In this document: positions 52,876 through 63,400 of the stretch, piece by piece
Numbering within the stretch: position 1 is the stretch's first letter
Layout of the letters: each line of letters begins with the position of its first letter
IMG/VR virus record: IMGVR_UViG_3300045988_168162
Coordinates: 64,001-128,000 of that record
Source of the DNA: a virus
Reading direction: 5' to 3' (one strand)
Length of the DNA stretch: 64,000 nt
Position numbers and translations under genes: made by a program
The notes under the pieces: generated by a model
The model's input: the letters and a program-made list of their open reading frames with translations, nothing else
The model's database searches: none
Told to the model about the DNA's origin: nothing

Positions 52876-54024
52876 GTGGCACAACCGGTGCTTTATACAA
52901 TCCCATCGTTTGACGCCGCTGTTGGCGCAGACATTCCATTTGCCTATGATGGCGAGCAGGTATTTGGCAATGAGCTTGTAATCATGGACAACTCAACAGG
53001 TGCGCAGGTTTACAGTAAAAAGACAGACTGGATGAAACTGGTGCATACGGTAGCCGGTGGCAGCGGCCTGCAAAATGGCAAATATTATGCCTGCAAGGTG
53101 CGTGTTTACAACAAGGCCGGAGAGGCCAGTAGCTGGTCGAGCTTGCGGAGCTTTTATTGTTTTACGACCCCGGTTTTTAGTTTTACCAATATGGTAAATG
53201 ACCAGATCCTGGAGAACAGTGAATACACCCTGCAGATGAGCTACACCCAGAAAGAGAACGAACCGCTAAATACTTATAATGTCATTCTTTACAATTCCAG
53301 CCGTGTGCAGCTGAGTAAGAGTGCGACTATGTACGGTACTTCGACGCTGGAATACGGACTGCATGACCTGGCAGATGCGACCCAGTATTATGTGCGCTGC
53401 CTTGGCGAGACCTTAAATGGCATGGTGGCTGATACAGGGTATATCCCGTTCAGCGTAAAATATATCGTGCCTACGTATTGGACCTATGTTGATTTAACAA
53501 ATAACAAAGATGACGGCACTGTGCGCATATCCTCGAACATACGAACGATCGAGGGCAAATTTACCGGCAGCGGCGACCCTACTTATATCGACAATGCCAA
53601 GGTTGACCTGCGCAAGAATGGAGACCGCGTGATTTTCCATGAGGGCTTTGCTTTGCAGGGAAACTTTACCGTGAAGATGCTTGGCAGCGATTTTGGGCAG
53701 AGCGAAACGATCCTTGAAATGGTGGACGGTAATGATACGACATTGACTGTGAAATATATAAAAGGCTGGTTTGCCGAGGGCAGCTATATGGCGAAGGGGC
53801 AAAGTGCAACTAATTCACTGTTGGGAATACAAGTACCGTATCTTGATTTGCGTTGTGCTGTAAAGGGGGATGTAATTGCTTATGCGATGCAATCTGAGCC
53901 AATGGGAGAACCAGGAAGTGGGCAGGAATACCTGATTAAGGTACAAAAGAACGGTGATGTGTTTAATATTACTACGCAGGTGGTAAATACTGCGGACTAT
54001 GTAACAACAGCAGAGGAGGTGTGA
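52876..54024 (+). CDS. distal tail / baseplate protein
   Basis: GTG start after AGAGGTG; first structural gene after the tape measure region. Confidence 0.45.
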   Translation: MAQPVLYTIPSFDAAVGADIPFAYDGEQVFGNELVIMDNSTGAQVYSKKTDWMKLVHTVAGGSGLQNGKYYACKVRVYNKAGEASSWSSLRSFYCFTTPVFSFTNMVNDQILENSEYTLQMSYTQKENEPLNTYNVILYNSSRVQLSKSATMYGTSTLEYGLHDLADATQYYVRCLGETLNGMVADTGYIPFSVKYIVPTYWTYVDLTNNKDDGTVRISSNIRTIEGKFTGSGDPTYIDNAKVDLRKNGDRVIFHEGFALQGNFTVKMLGSDFGQSETILEMVDGNDTTLTVKYIKGWFAEGSYMAKGQSATNSLLGIQVPYLDLRCAVKGDVIAYAMQSEPMGEPGSGQEYLIKVQKNGDVFNITTQVVNTADYVTTAEEV

Positions 54025-54028
54025 TGAC

Positions 54029-54922
54029 ATGTTTTTTATGGGCAAATGTATTGCAGGTTATAAGCACAGCCTGGATAACACCAGCGTGACGACCGATATT
54101 GTTGAGAACGTATCGATTGGCGGCGGCATTTTTGACCGGCTGTTTATCACACGCGCTGTTGCAGACCAGCCGACAGAGTTCCCCGGTTGGGACTACGATA
54201 CGGTTATGGACGCACAGTTTAACGGTGACTTGATGGGCGGCAACATTGTTTACCAGATCGAGCAGATCTCGGCCGTGAGAATCAAGCGCCGCAGAGCCGG
54301 CAAGCATGAATGGCTGACCTTGTTTGAGATCCCGGTGAAAAAAGAGGACGACCTGAAATTTGAAAAATACGATAAATACGCTGCCAGCGGTGTGAAATAT
54401 GATTATGCCCTTGTGCCTGTGATTGATAATGTGGAAGGCTATATTAACCAGAACAGTATTACACCGAGTTTTAGCGGATGTTTCATTTTTGAGAAAGAAG
54501 ACGGTTGTTCCTCTGACCTGGATATTACGAAGGGGACGATTACAAGAACAAGGCCGTCCAATGTGGTGACAACGCTGAGCGGCAAATACCCGTATGTGGT
54601 GAGCAACGCCAACACTGACTATGAGAGCGGACAGTTCAGCATGATGTTTATGCCGAAAGACTCTGACGGAGAATATACAACTGAGAATGATTATATTTAC
54701 CGTGAAGATATAAAAGCATTTTTGAATGATGGCAAGCCAAAGATCATGAAACTGAGTGATGGCCGTATCTGGATGATTGCTACCACGGATGGGCTGACTG
54801 AGGACAACGGTGAAGTTGAGCATTACGTACACCACAGCTTTAACTGGGTTGAGATCGGCGACCCGGAAAGTTCCAGCGATTTGTACAACAATAACTTTAT
54901 TGATGTGAATCTGGAGGGGTGA
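54029..54922 (+). CDS. baseplate / tail protein
   Basis: GAGGAGG SD; position. Confidence 0.4.
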   Translation: MFFMGKCIAGYKHSLDNTSVTTDIVENVSIGGGIFDRLFITRAVADQPTEFPGWDYDTVMDAQFNGDLMGGNIVYQIEQISAVRIKRRRAGKHEWLTLFEIPVKKEDDLKFEKYDKYAASGVKYDYALVPVIDNVEGYINQNSITPSFSGCFIFEKEDGCSSDLDITKGTITRTRPSNVVTTLSGKYPYVVSNANTDYESGQFSMMFMPKDSDGEYTTENDYIYREDIKAFLNDGKPKIMKLSDGRIWMIATTDGLTEDNGEVEHYVHHSFNWVEIGDPESSSDLYNNNFIDVNLEG

Positions 54923-54928
54923 TGTGCC

Positions 54929-56500
54929 ATGTATGATATACAGCAAACGGACATTGACCTTTTGCAGCAGCGTGTAAAAACGATTTACACCAAGATCCAA
55001 CTGCTGAACAACCAGATGACTGTTATTGACGAGATAGACGGTGCTTTTATTGACGGCAGTGTATCGATTGATTCCGGAAGTGATATACGGCGGACTTTTG
55101 ATGGGACAATCCTTGTAAAGGATGAAAGTTATATGACGGCCGAGACTTCCCGCGTATGGCTGGACAAAAAGATCCGGGTATATATTGGCTTTTTACATCA
55201 GCGCAGCGGCGAAGTATGCTGGTACACGCTGGGCGTTTATAACTTTTGTGACAACTCTTTTACCTATAATGCAACTACACAAACACTGAAAATCAGTTGC
55301 CTGGATTTAATGAGCGGCCTGAATGGTGAGTTGGGAGGGACATTGATTGGTTCTGAGACACAGATACCGAAGGGCAGTGATATACGCGATGCAATGGTAA
55401 AAACTGTGACGCAACTTGGTGGAGTGGGTAAATATAGGATTGGGTATCAGACAAGTGAAGTACCCTATGATATGAGTTGGGATACAGGCACAACGGTATG
55501 GGAGATACTGGAAGAATTGCGAGACCTGTATTACAGCTACGAAATGTTTTTTGATGAAGATACTTTTGTGTGCCAGCGTGTGCCCATGAACAACGAAGAG
55601 CCGCTTGTACTGACGGATGATGTTTTTGGAAAATTTGTTATCTCGGAAAGTTTGACGAACTCCTTTAGTGAAGTGAAGAATGTGATTGAGGTTTGGGGGG
55701 AAACTACCAAAAGTAATTATTATTCTGACAGCTGCACATTTGAAAACGGCATTTACACTTTTAAGGTGACGGGCGCACAAATCAAAGACAACAAGAAGTT
55801 CAGTTTTTTGGCGCCGGAGACAAATCCGGGTGAGTGCCAGATAAAGATCATAAATGTAGAGACTGATGCCAAGACTGGCAAAAAAAATGAAAAAGAATAT
55901 GGCCCTTATAAGCTGTACCGTAGCGCCGTAGATGATACCGGTGAAGATGTTTTGCTGGAAGCCAAGACTATGGAGGCCAAGAAATACTATGTGGTAAAGC
56001 TGAAAAAAGAAAAGATGTATTTTGTTGGACAGACACAGGTGCATGCTATGGTGCGGTTGGTAAATGCCTTGCCTAGCGCGGAACAGGCCAAGAAGGATAA
56101 GGAAAATTTTGCCTGTGACAACCTTGGCTATGTGGTGAACCCGGAAAGCCCATTTACTATTGACAAAATAGGGGAGAGAATCAAGGTTTGCAGCAGCGGT
56201 GACTATGAAAAGATTTACACGGATGAACTGGCTTTGCAGCGTGCGGAATATGAACTATATGTTGGCAGCCGCCTGACGGATAGCATTAGCGTGGAGTGTA
56301 TTTTGATACCATGGTTGGATGTAAACCAGAAGATTAGTTATAAGCCGCATATGACTACCTACAAAGAGCCGAACCAGTACATGATAAGCAGTTTGAGCTT
56401 TGACCTTACCAGTGGGACTATGACTGTAAAAATGGCCCACTTTTACCCGTATTACCCGAACACGGTACAGTTGGTGCCGACGGTGACAGTGACAAGTTGA
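54929..56500 (+). CDS. tail-associated (Tal-like / prophage tail endopeptidase-type) protein
   Basis: Position and size (523 aa). Confidence 0.4.
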   Translation: MYDIQQTDIDLLQQRVKTIYTKIQLLNNQMTVIDEIDGAFIDGSVSIDSGSDIRRTFDGTILVKDESYMTAETSRVWLDKKIRVYIGFLHQRSGEVCWYTLGVYNFCDNSFTYNATTQTLKISCLDLMSGLNGELGGTLIGSETQIPKGSDIRDAMVKTVTQLGGVGKYRIGYQTSEVPYDMSWDTGTTVWEILEELRDLYYSYEMFFDEDTFVCQRVPMNNEEPLVLTDDVFGKFVISESLTNSFSEVKNVIEVWGETTKSNYYSDSCTFENGIYTFKVTGAQIKDNKKFSFLAPETNPGECQIKIINVETDAKTGKKNEKEYGPYKLYRSAVDDTGEDVLLEAKTMEAKKYYVVKLKKEKMYFVGQTQVHAMVRLVNALPSAEQAKKDKENFACDNLGYVVNPESPFTIDKIGERIKVCSSGDYEKIYTDELALQRAEYELYVGSRLTDSISVECILIPWLDVNQKISYKPHMTTYKEPNQYMISSLSFDLTSGTMTVKMAHFYPYYPNTVQLVPTVTVTS

Positions 56501-56513
56501 GAGGTGAGTACCT

Positions 56514-56831
56514 TTGAGCAAAACATATACAGACCTGCAAAACAATTTCCCGGACAGTGTGGATACGCTTGACAAGATGCAGGATTTGAATACAAGTACA
56601 AAAACAATGGCTGACCGCTATTATTCCATGGTGGAGGCCAACAATATTACAGGCGCTAACGAGTATCTGGTGCAGAACCCCTCGTTGGCACTTTCTGTTT
56701 TTAATGCCGACAAATACAATAAACTGCGAGATGCGATCGTATCTGTGGAGCGCTTTTTCTATGATGAGGTGAAGCTATATATTGGCGATAAGCATGAGCA
56801 GTACGAGTCCATTGACGGCGGGGCTTATTGA
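56514..56831 (+). CDS. hypothetical tail protein
   Basis: GAGGTGAG SD; TTG start. Confidence 0.4.
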   Translation: MSKTYTDLQNNFPDSVDTLDKMQDLNTSTKTMADRYYSMVEANNITGANEYLVQNPSLALSVFNADKYNKLRDAIVSVERFFYDEVKLYIGDKHEQYESIDGGAY

Positions 56832-56846
56832 TAGGGGAGAAGCGTT

Positions 56847-57377
56847 ATGGGAATTAAATTTAAAAGACAAGGTGGCGGCTCGACCAACTATAACTCAGCC
56901 AAAGCGCCTACAAGTTTGAATTATGGCGAGCCTGCCGTTGACAGTGAAGGCCGCATTTATGTTGGCAATGGACAGCGCCAGGTAGTGAGCCGCGTAAAAA
57001 TTGCCGACAGCTGTACCAATGCGACCAGTGCTACGACTGCGGTGCGAGCCACGAATGCCAGTAATGCCGACCGGGCAAAATTCGATTTGCCGCTGTACCA
57101 TGCTTATCTTTCGGCGTCCAGCTGGAGCAATTATGGGAGTTATTATACACAGTCTCCCAGTTGTTACGCAGAGAGCGGCGGTCCTAGTATGACATCCGAC
57201 ATGCAGTTGAGCCCGCCTATGACGCAGGGCACAGGGGTGCAATCCACAGACGAATCGCTAATGGAAACGCTAAACATTATCAATGCGGGAACGACTACGC
57301 CCGGTTACGGAAGAATTACCGTAAAGGTTTGGGAAAAACCGGAGACAGACATTACTGTGTATTATTACGCACGATAA
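56847..57377 (+). CDS. hypothetical tail protein
   Basis: GGGGAGAAG SD. Confidence 0.4.
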   Translation: MGIKFKRQGGGSTNYNSAKAPTSLNYGEPAVDSEGRIYVGNGQRQVVSRVKIADSCTNATSATTAVRATNASNADRAKFDLPLYHAYLSASSWSNYGSYYTQSPSCYAESGGPSMTSDMQLSPPMTQGTGVQSTDESLMETLNIINAGTTTPGYGRITVKVWEKPETDITVYYYAR

Positions 57378-57404
57378 ACTGACAAAATAGGAGGTGAAGC
57401 TAAA

Positions 57405-60400
57405 TTGGCAATATCCTTTGAAGAATCCAGAAAGAAATTTGAGAGCGCAATAGCGAACGAAGCTGCCGAACCGGCAATGCTTGCCTCCTTTGAGGAAGTA
57501 GAAGCAGTGGCAGCGGAACCTGTTATGCAGGCCGTTGTTGGAGACGATTTCACCCGCAGCGACAAATATAAATGGTATGACCAGTATGAGGACAGTGCAT
57601 ACTCGACCATTGATAAGCTGAAAAACATCAAGATGGACGACAACCAGATCAACCTGACACAGGAAGATAACAGCCAGTTTATCCCGTTTGAGATGCCGCG
57701 CTACTATGATGGCGTTGACCTGATGCAGATGCTGATCCAGGTACATTATGTTAACAAGGAAAACCAGGACGGCATTGCCACGCCGGTAAATGTTACATAC
57801 AGTGTGGACAAGATCCACTTTAACTGGTTGGTCGACAAGAACGTGACCAATGTTGAGGGTGAAGTCGATTTTGAAATCACGGCTACCGGTTCTAACGAAA
57901 AGAACGAATCTTATCTGTGGAAGAGCCGCCCGAATGGCAAGCTGAATATTTTGAAGTCCTTGGCCGGCAATGGTGTGATTAAGCCGAGCGACGACTGGTA
58001 CACCGGTTTTGTGCAGCTAATGGACGAGAAGGTTTCGGAAGCTACCAAACAGGCACAGGCTGCTGCCCAGAGTGCCACCGAGGCCAAGACGGCTGTTGCA
58101 AATGTGGACAGCAAGATTTCCAGCGCTGCTGCCGGTATCAAGCATGAGCTGCAGGCCGACCTGGATGCGAACTATGCCAAGAAAACAGAGCTTGACACGC
58201 TGAAAAACAAGGTGGATAACCTGAATGGCCTGGCCGATTTTGATGTGACCTTTAACAATGACACGAAGGAAATGACTTTCCTGAATGGCAGTGAGGAAAT
58301 TAAAAAGGTCGCGATCGACACCAGCCCTTCCGCTGAATGGGTGACTGCTTACGGCAAGACAGTAGACAGCAAAGTTTCTGCCGCCGTTACGCCTGTGCAG
58401 ACGGAGTTGACCGAGTACAAGACCGCCAATGACAAGGCTGTAAAGGATTTGCAGGACAGTGTTGGCAATCTGCCGGAGACGCTGAAAACTTCTTATTATA
58501 ATAAGGAAGCCACTGATAAGCTGCTGAAGGAAAAGGCGGATGCCTCTGTTATTGACGGTATTCGCAACGATGTTACGCAGGCAAAGAATAATGTAGCTGA
58601 TATGCAGGGCACGGTGGACAGCCTGAATACTGCTGTTGGCGAAATTCAGGGCAAGCTGGATGACATTGGCAAGAATGCCGGGCATGAGTATGACATTACC
58701 TACGAGGACAGTAAACTGACACTTATGGAGGATGGCACGCCGAAGACGCAGGTGACGATTGTTGGCGGTGGTGGCGGTGGCCCTGCTGCGGGCAGCACGA
58801 TTACGATCGAGCGTATCGGCGAGTCTGCAATTACGGCTGTTGCCGGTGACCCTGTTGTGGTCAAGTTCCGGTTCACGAGTGTGGACAGTGCGGGCGATGA
58901 TACAGGCAATGCGACAGGCACATGGTATGTTGGCAATACAAAGGTTGCTACCCAGACCATTATGCAGGGCGAAAACAGCTTTGACATCACGAAGTATCTG
59001 CACAGCGGTGAGAACCAGATCCGTTTGACAGTTGTAGACAGCATGGATACGACAGGTTCCAAGAAGTGGAGTGCCAATGTCGTTGATTTCTATCTGGAAT
59101 CCACCTTTGATGACAGCCTTTTCTATAGTGGCGAGGTCACGGTGCGCTATACACCGTATGGCAGCGTTGAGAAGAAGATTGATTTTGCGCTGGACGGTAA
59201 GTCGATTGGTGGCACGACTACCAGTGTGACTGGCCGACAGATGACCTATTCTATTCCTGTGCAGAAGCACGGCAGTCACCTGTTGGAAATCAGCATGACG
59301 GCGGAGATCAACAGCAAGACCGTTAAGTCCAATGTCATCAAGAAGGACATTATGTGGGTGGCTGAGGGCGAGACTGCACCCATTATCAGCTGTGCTGTGA
59401 GAGATTACGAGACGAAACAGTACAACAAGGTGTCCATTGAGTACACCGTATACGACCCTGCGTCCAGCACGAGCACTGTAAAGCTGGCTGTGGACGGCGT
59501 GACCGAGTCTACCCTGACTGTTGGGCGCACAAAGCAGATCTGGAGCTTTAAGAGCGCGAACAAGGGCAAGCATACGCTGACGATCACTTGCGGCGAGACC
59601 GTAAAGACGATCAGTGTGAATGTGGTTGACCTTGGCGTTGTAATCGAGCCTGTTACTACGAACCTAGCCTTTGATTTTAACCCAAGCGGTAAGACCAACG
59701 CCAGTGCAGACCGGCTTTGGACCGATGGCCAGACTAGCCTGAGTGTAAGCGATAACTTTGACTGGAGCAATGGCGGCTACCAGATCGACAGTGACGGCGA
59801 TACCTATTTCTGCGTAAAAGCGGGCACCAAAGCCACGATCGATTATAAGCTTTTTGCCGATGACGCGAAGAAACTTGGCAAGAACTTTAAGATGATTTTT
59901 AAGACCACCAACGTGCGGGACTATAATGCTACGGCGCTGACTTGCCTGAACGGTGGTATTGGCCTGAATGTGCAGGCCCAGAAAGTTGCACTGACCAGTG
60001 AGCAGAACAGTATTGAACTGCCCACATGCGAAGACGACTTTATGGAATTTGAGCTGAATATTCTGCCGGATAGCCAGTACCGCGAGATGGTGCTGTGGCT
60101 GGATGGCATCCCATGCCGTGTACAGCTGTATGAATCCAGTGACAGCTTTACGCAGGCAAACCCGGTTGGCATCACGATTGGTTCTGACGATTGCGATGTG
60201 TTGATATATCGCATGAAGAGCTATATGATGAACCTGACTGACGATGAGATCCTGGACAACTTTATTGCAGACGCCAAGAACGCTGACGAGATGATCGAGC
60301 GGTACAACCGCAACAACATCACGGATGCAAGCGGTGAGCTGAACCCGGACATTCTGGCGGAGCGCTGCCCCGACCTGCGTGTTATCAAGATCAGTGCTCC

Positions 60401-63400
60401 TACCTTTACTACCGGTAAGAAAAACGAAGTTGCAAACACTGTTATCCAGCAGATCTACAAGAACGGACGCGCCGTTGAGGACAACTGGACGGCCAACGGT
60501 TCCCACAAGGGACAGGGCACAAGCTCTGACCACTATGGCGAATCTGCGCGTAACATCGACATTAACTGTAAGGGCGGCTTTACCTTTGGCGATGAAAGCA
60601 CCGGCTCTGTGTATGCGCTGACGGAAAACAGTGTGGCGGAGAATTACTTTAACATTAAGGTCAATGTTGCATCGTCTGAAAATGCAAACAACGCACTGCT
60701 GGCAGATGATTTCAACGAGTTTAACCCGTACATTCGACAGGCACGCAAGGATAACCCGAAGGTGCGCGACACGATGGCTTTCTACCCGTGTGTTGTTTTT
60801 GTGCAGGAGACGGATATTGAGAACAGCACCGTGTTCCATGACGGTAAGTGGCATTTCTATGCCTGCGGTGACATCGGCAATTCTAAGAAAAACAGCAATA
60901 CAATGGGTATGGACCCGGATAATCATAAGGAAGTTATCATCGAGATTGACAACAATACCGATGAGCAGACTCGATTCCTGAGCGGCGATTTCTCGCAGGA
61001 GACTTGGGACGGTGACCACAGCTTTGAGTTCCGCTACATCAATAAGGCTTGCACCGAAGAGGAAGTACAGGCTGCGAAGGATGCGTGGATTCGCGTGCAG
61101 AACTGGGTCGTGAATGCGAGTGACGAGGAGTTTAAGGCGCACTTTGAGGACTATTTTGTCATGGACTCTGCGCTGTATCACTACTTGTTTACAGAGCGCC
61201 ACACCATGGTCGATAACCGTGCAAAGAATGTGTTCCCGCATACGAGTGACCTTATCCATTGGGATTTCTGCTTTGACTACGACAACGATACCGCGCAGGG
61301 CAACGACAACGAGGGCGGACTGACCTTGAGTTACGGCTACGAGGATACGGACACCATCGGCACTAAGAGCGTGTTCAATGCCAGCGATTCCAAGCTGTGG
61401 TGTAAGATCCGCGACTTGTTCCCTGACAAGCTGGCGGCTATGTTCCGTGACCGTGAAAACGCATTGGCATGGAGTGCATCCCGTATCCTGAAGAAATTTG
61501 AGGATTATCAGAATGTAAAGCCGGAGCGCCTGTGGGTCATGGATATGCGGCGCAAATATTTCCGCACTTACGAGGAAAATGGTACGACCAGCTATCTGCC
61601 CATGATGCACGGCAACAAGCGCCATCAGCGCCGTCAGTTCCAGAAGTATCAGGAAAAGTATATGGCCTCCAAGTACAGCGGCAGTGCTGCAACCAGCGAT
61701 GATATGACGATTCGCGGTTATACGCCTGTGAACTGGACCGGTGTGAAGCCTGACGGTACATTCCATATCGTGCCGTATGCCGATACTTATGTGAGTGTGT
61801 TGTATGGCTCTAACCCTGTGAAGGTGCGCGGCAAACGTGGCCAGACCTATGAGATCAAGTGCCCGATTGCAGCCATGAACGATACCGAGGTCTATGTTTA
61901 TAATGCAAGCCTGATCCGCAGCATTGGTGATATTTCCGGTTTCTACCCCGGCTATGTTGACTTTAGCCATGGAGTGAAGCTAACTGACCTGCAGATTGGC
62001 TCCGGCGTGGAAGGCTACAGCAATACGAACTTGACCGACTTTGCAGTTGGTAACAATACGCTGCTGGAGCACCTGAACCTGCAGAATGTGCCGAAGCTGC
62101 AAAAATCTATCAGCCTGGCGGGTTGTACGAATCTGACCGAGTTCCTGGCAGATGGCAGCGGTATCACCGGCGTTGTGTTTGCTATGGGCGGCAAGATTAA
62201 GAAAGCTACGCTGCCCGGCATTGCAAGCCTGACGGCCAAGAACCTGAATTACCTTACGGATTTGACGATCAGTGACTACAGCAAGATCACAACTTTGGTG
62301 GCCGAGAACTGCCCGACCATTGACCTGGTAGAGATGCTGGGTAAATGCACCGGCCTGAACCGTGTGCGCATTACCGGCGTGGATTGGCACCTGGAGAATA
62401 CCAGCCTGCTGAATAAGTTGCTGGCTATGACCGGCCTGGATGAGAACGGCTACAATGCTGAACATTCTGTACTGGCCGGTAAGATCAATGTGCCTGTGCT
62501 GCGTGAAAAGGAACTGGAGATCTTTAACGAGCAGTGGCCTGACCTAAAGCTGACCTATAACACGCTGATCAATACTTTTGCATGGACTTTTGTGAACAAG
62601 GACGGTAAGGTTCTGGATGTCCAGTACGTGGACAAGGGCGGCAAAGCTGTTGACCCTGTGACCCGTGCGGACAATCCTATCCCGACACCTACCTTGGAAA
62701 GCACCATCAGCACTGATTTTACTTTTAGCGGCTGGGATACTGAGTTTACGCCTGCCTTTAGCAATATGACCGTTACGGCTGTGTATACCGAGAGCGTGCG
62801 CAAGTACACTGTGCGTTACATGAACCGTGGCATTGTGATGCAGAGCACTGTGGCCCCGTATGGCACGACCGTGCTGTATACCGGCGAGACACCGACCTAT
62901 ACCGGTGAGGAAAGCGCTTATAAATTCTACTTTTTCAGCGGCTGGGATAAAGGCGGCTATGTGACCGGCGACAAGGACATCAATGCCGTATATGACAGTT
63001 TTGAATACACGAGCGGATGCTTTGACGGCAAGGAAATTGGCGACATGAAGCCTGTGGAGATCTATGCTATGACGAAAGTTGGTGTAGAATCCAGCGTTGT
63101 TACGGATAAAGACCAGGTACAGATCACCTTTGGCTCTGACTTTAGCTACGACGACATCAAGGAAAATGTGCTTGTGAAGAGTCCGATTGAGTTTACGGGC
63201 AAGAATTACCTGGATACTGGTGTGAAGCTGCTGGATGAAGACCGGGATTTTGTGCTGGCAATAGATTATATGATGGCGGCTACTACTACAGCGAACTCTG
63301 TACTGGCACAGTGCTACCAGCAGAATGGCATGAATGGTTTCCGGCTGTGGTACAACAATGGTGTTAAAGCAGCCTGGGGCACCAGTTCCAGCAAAGAAAG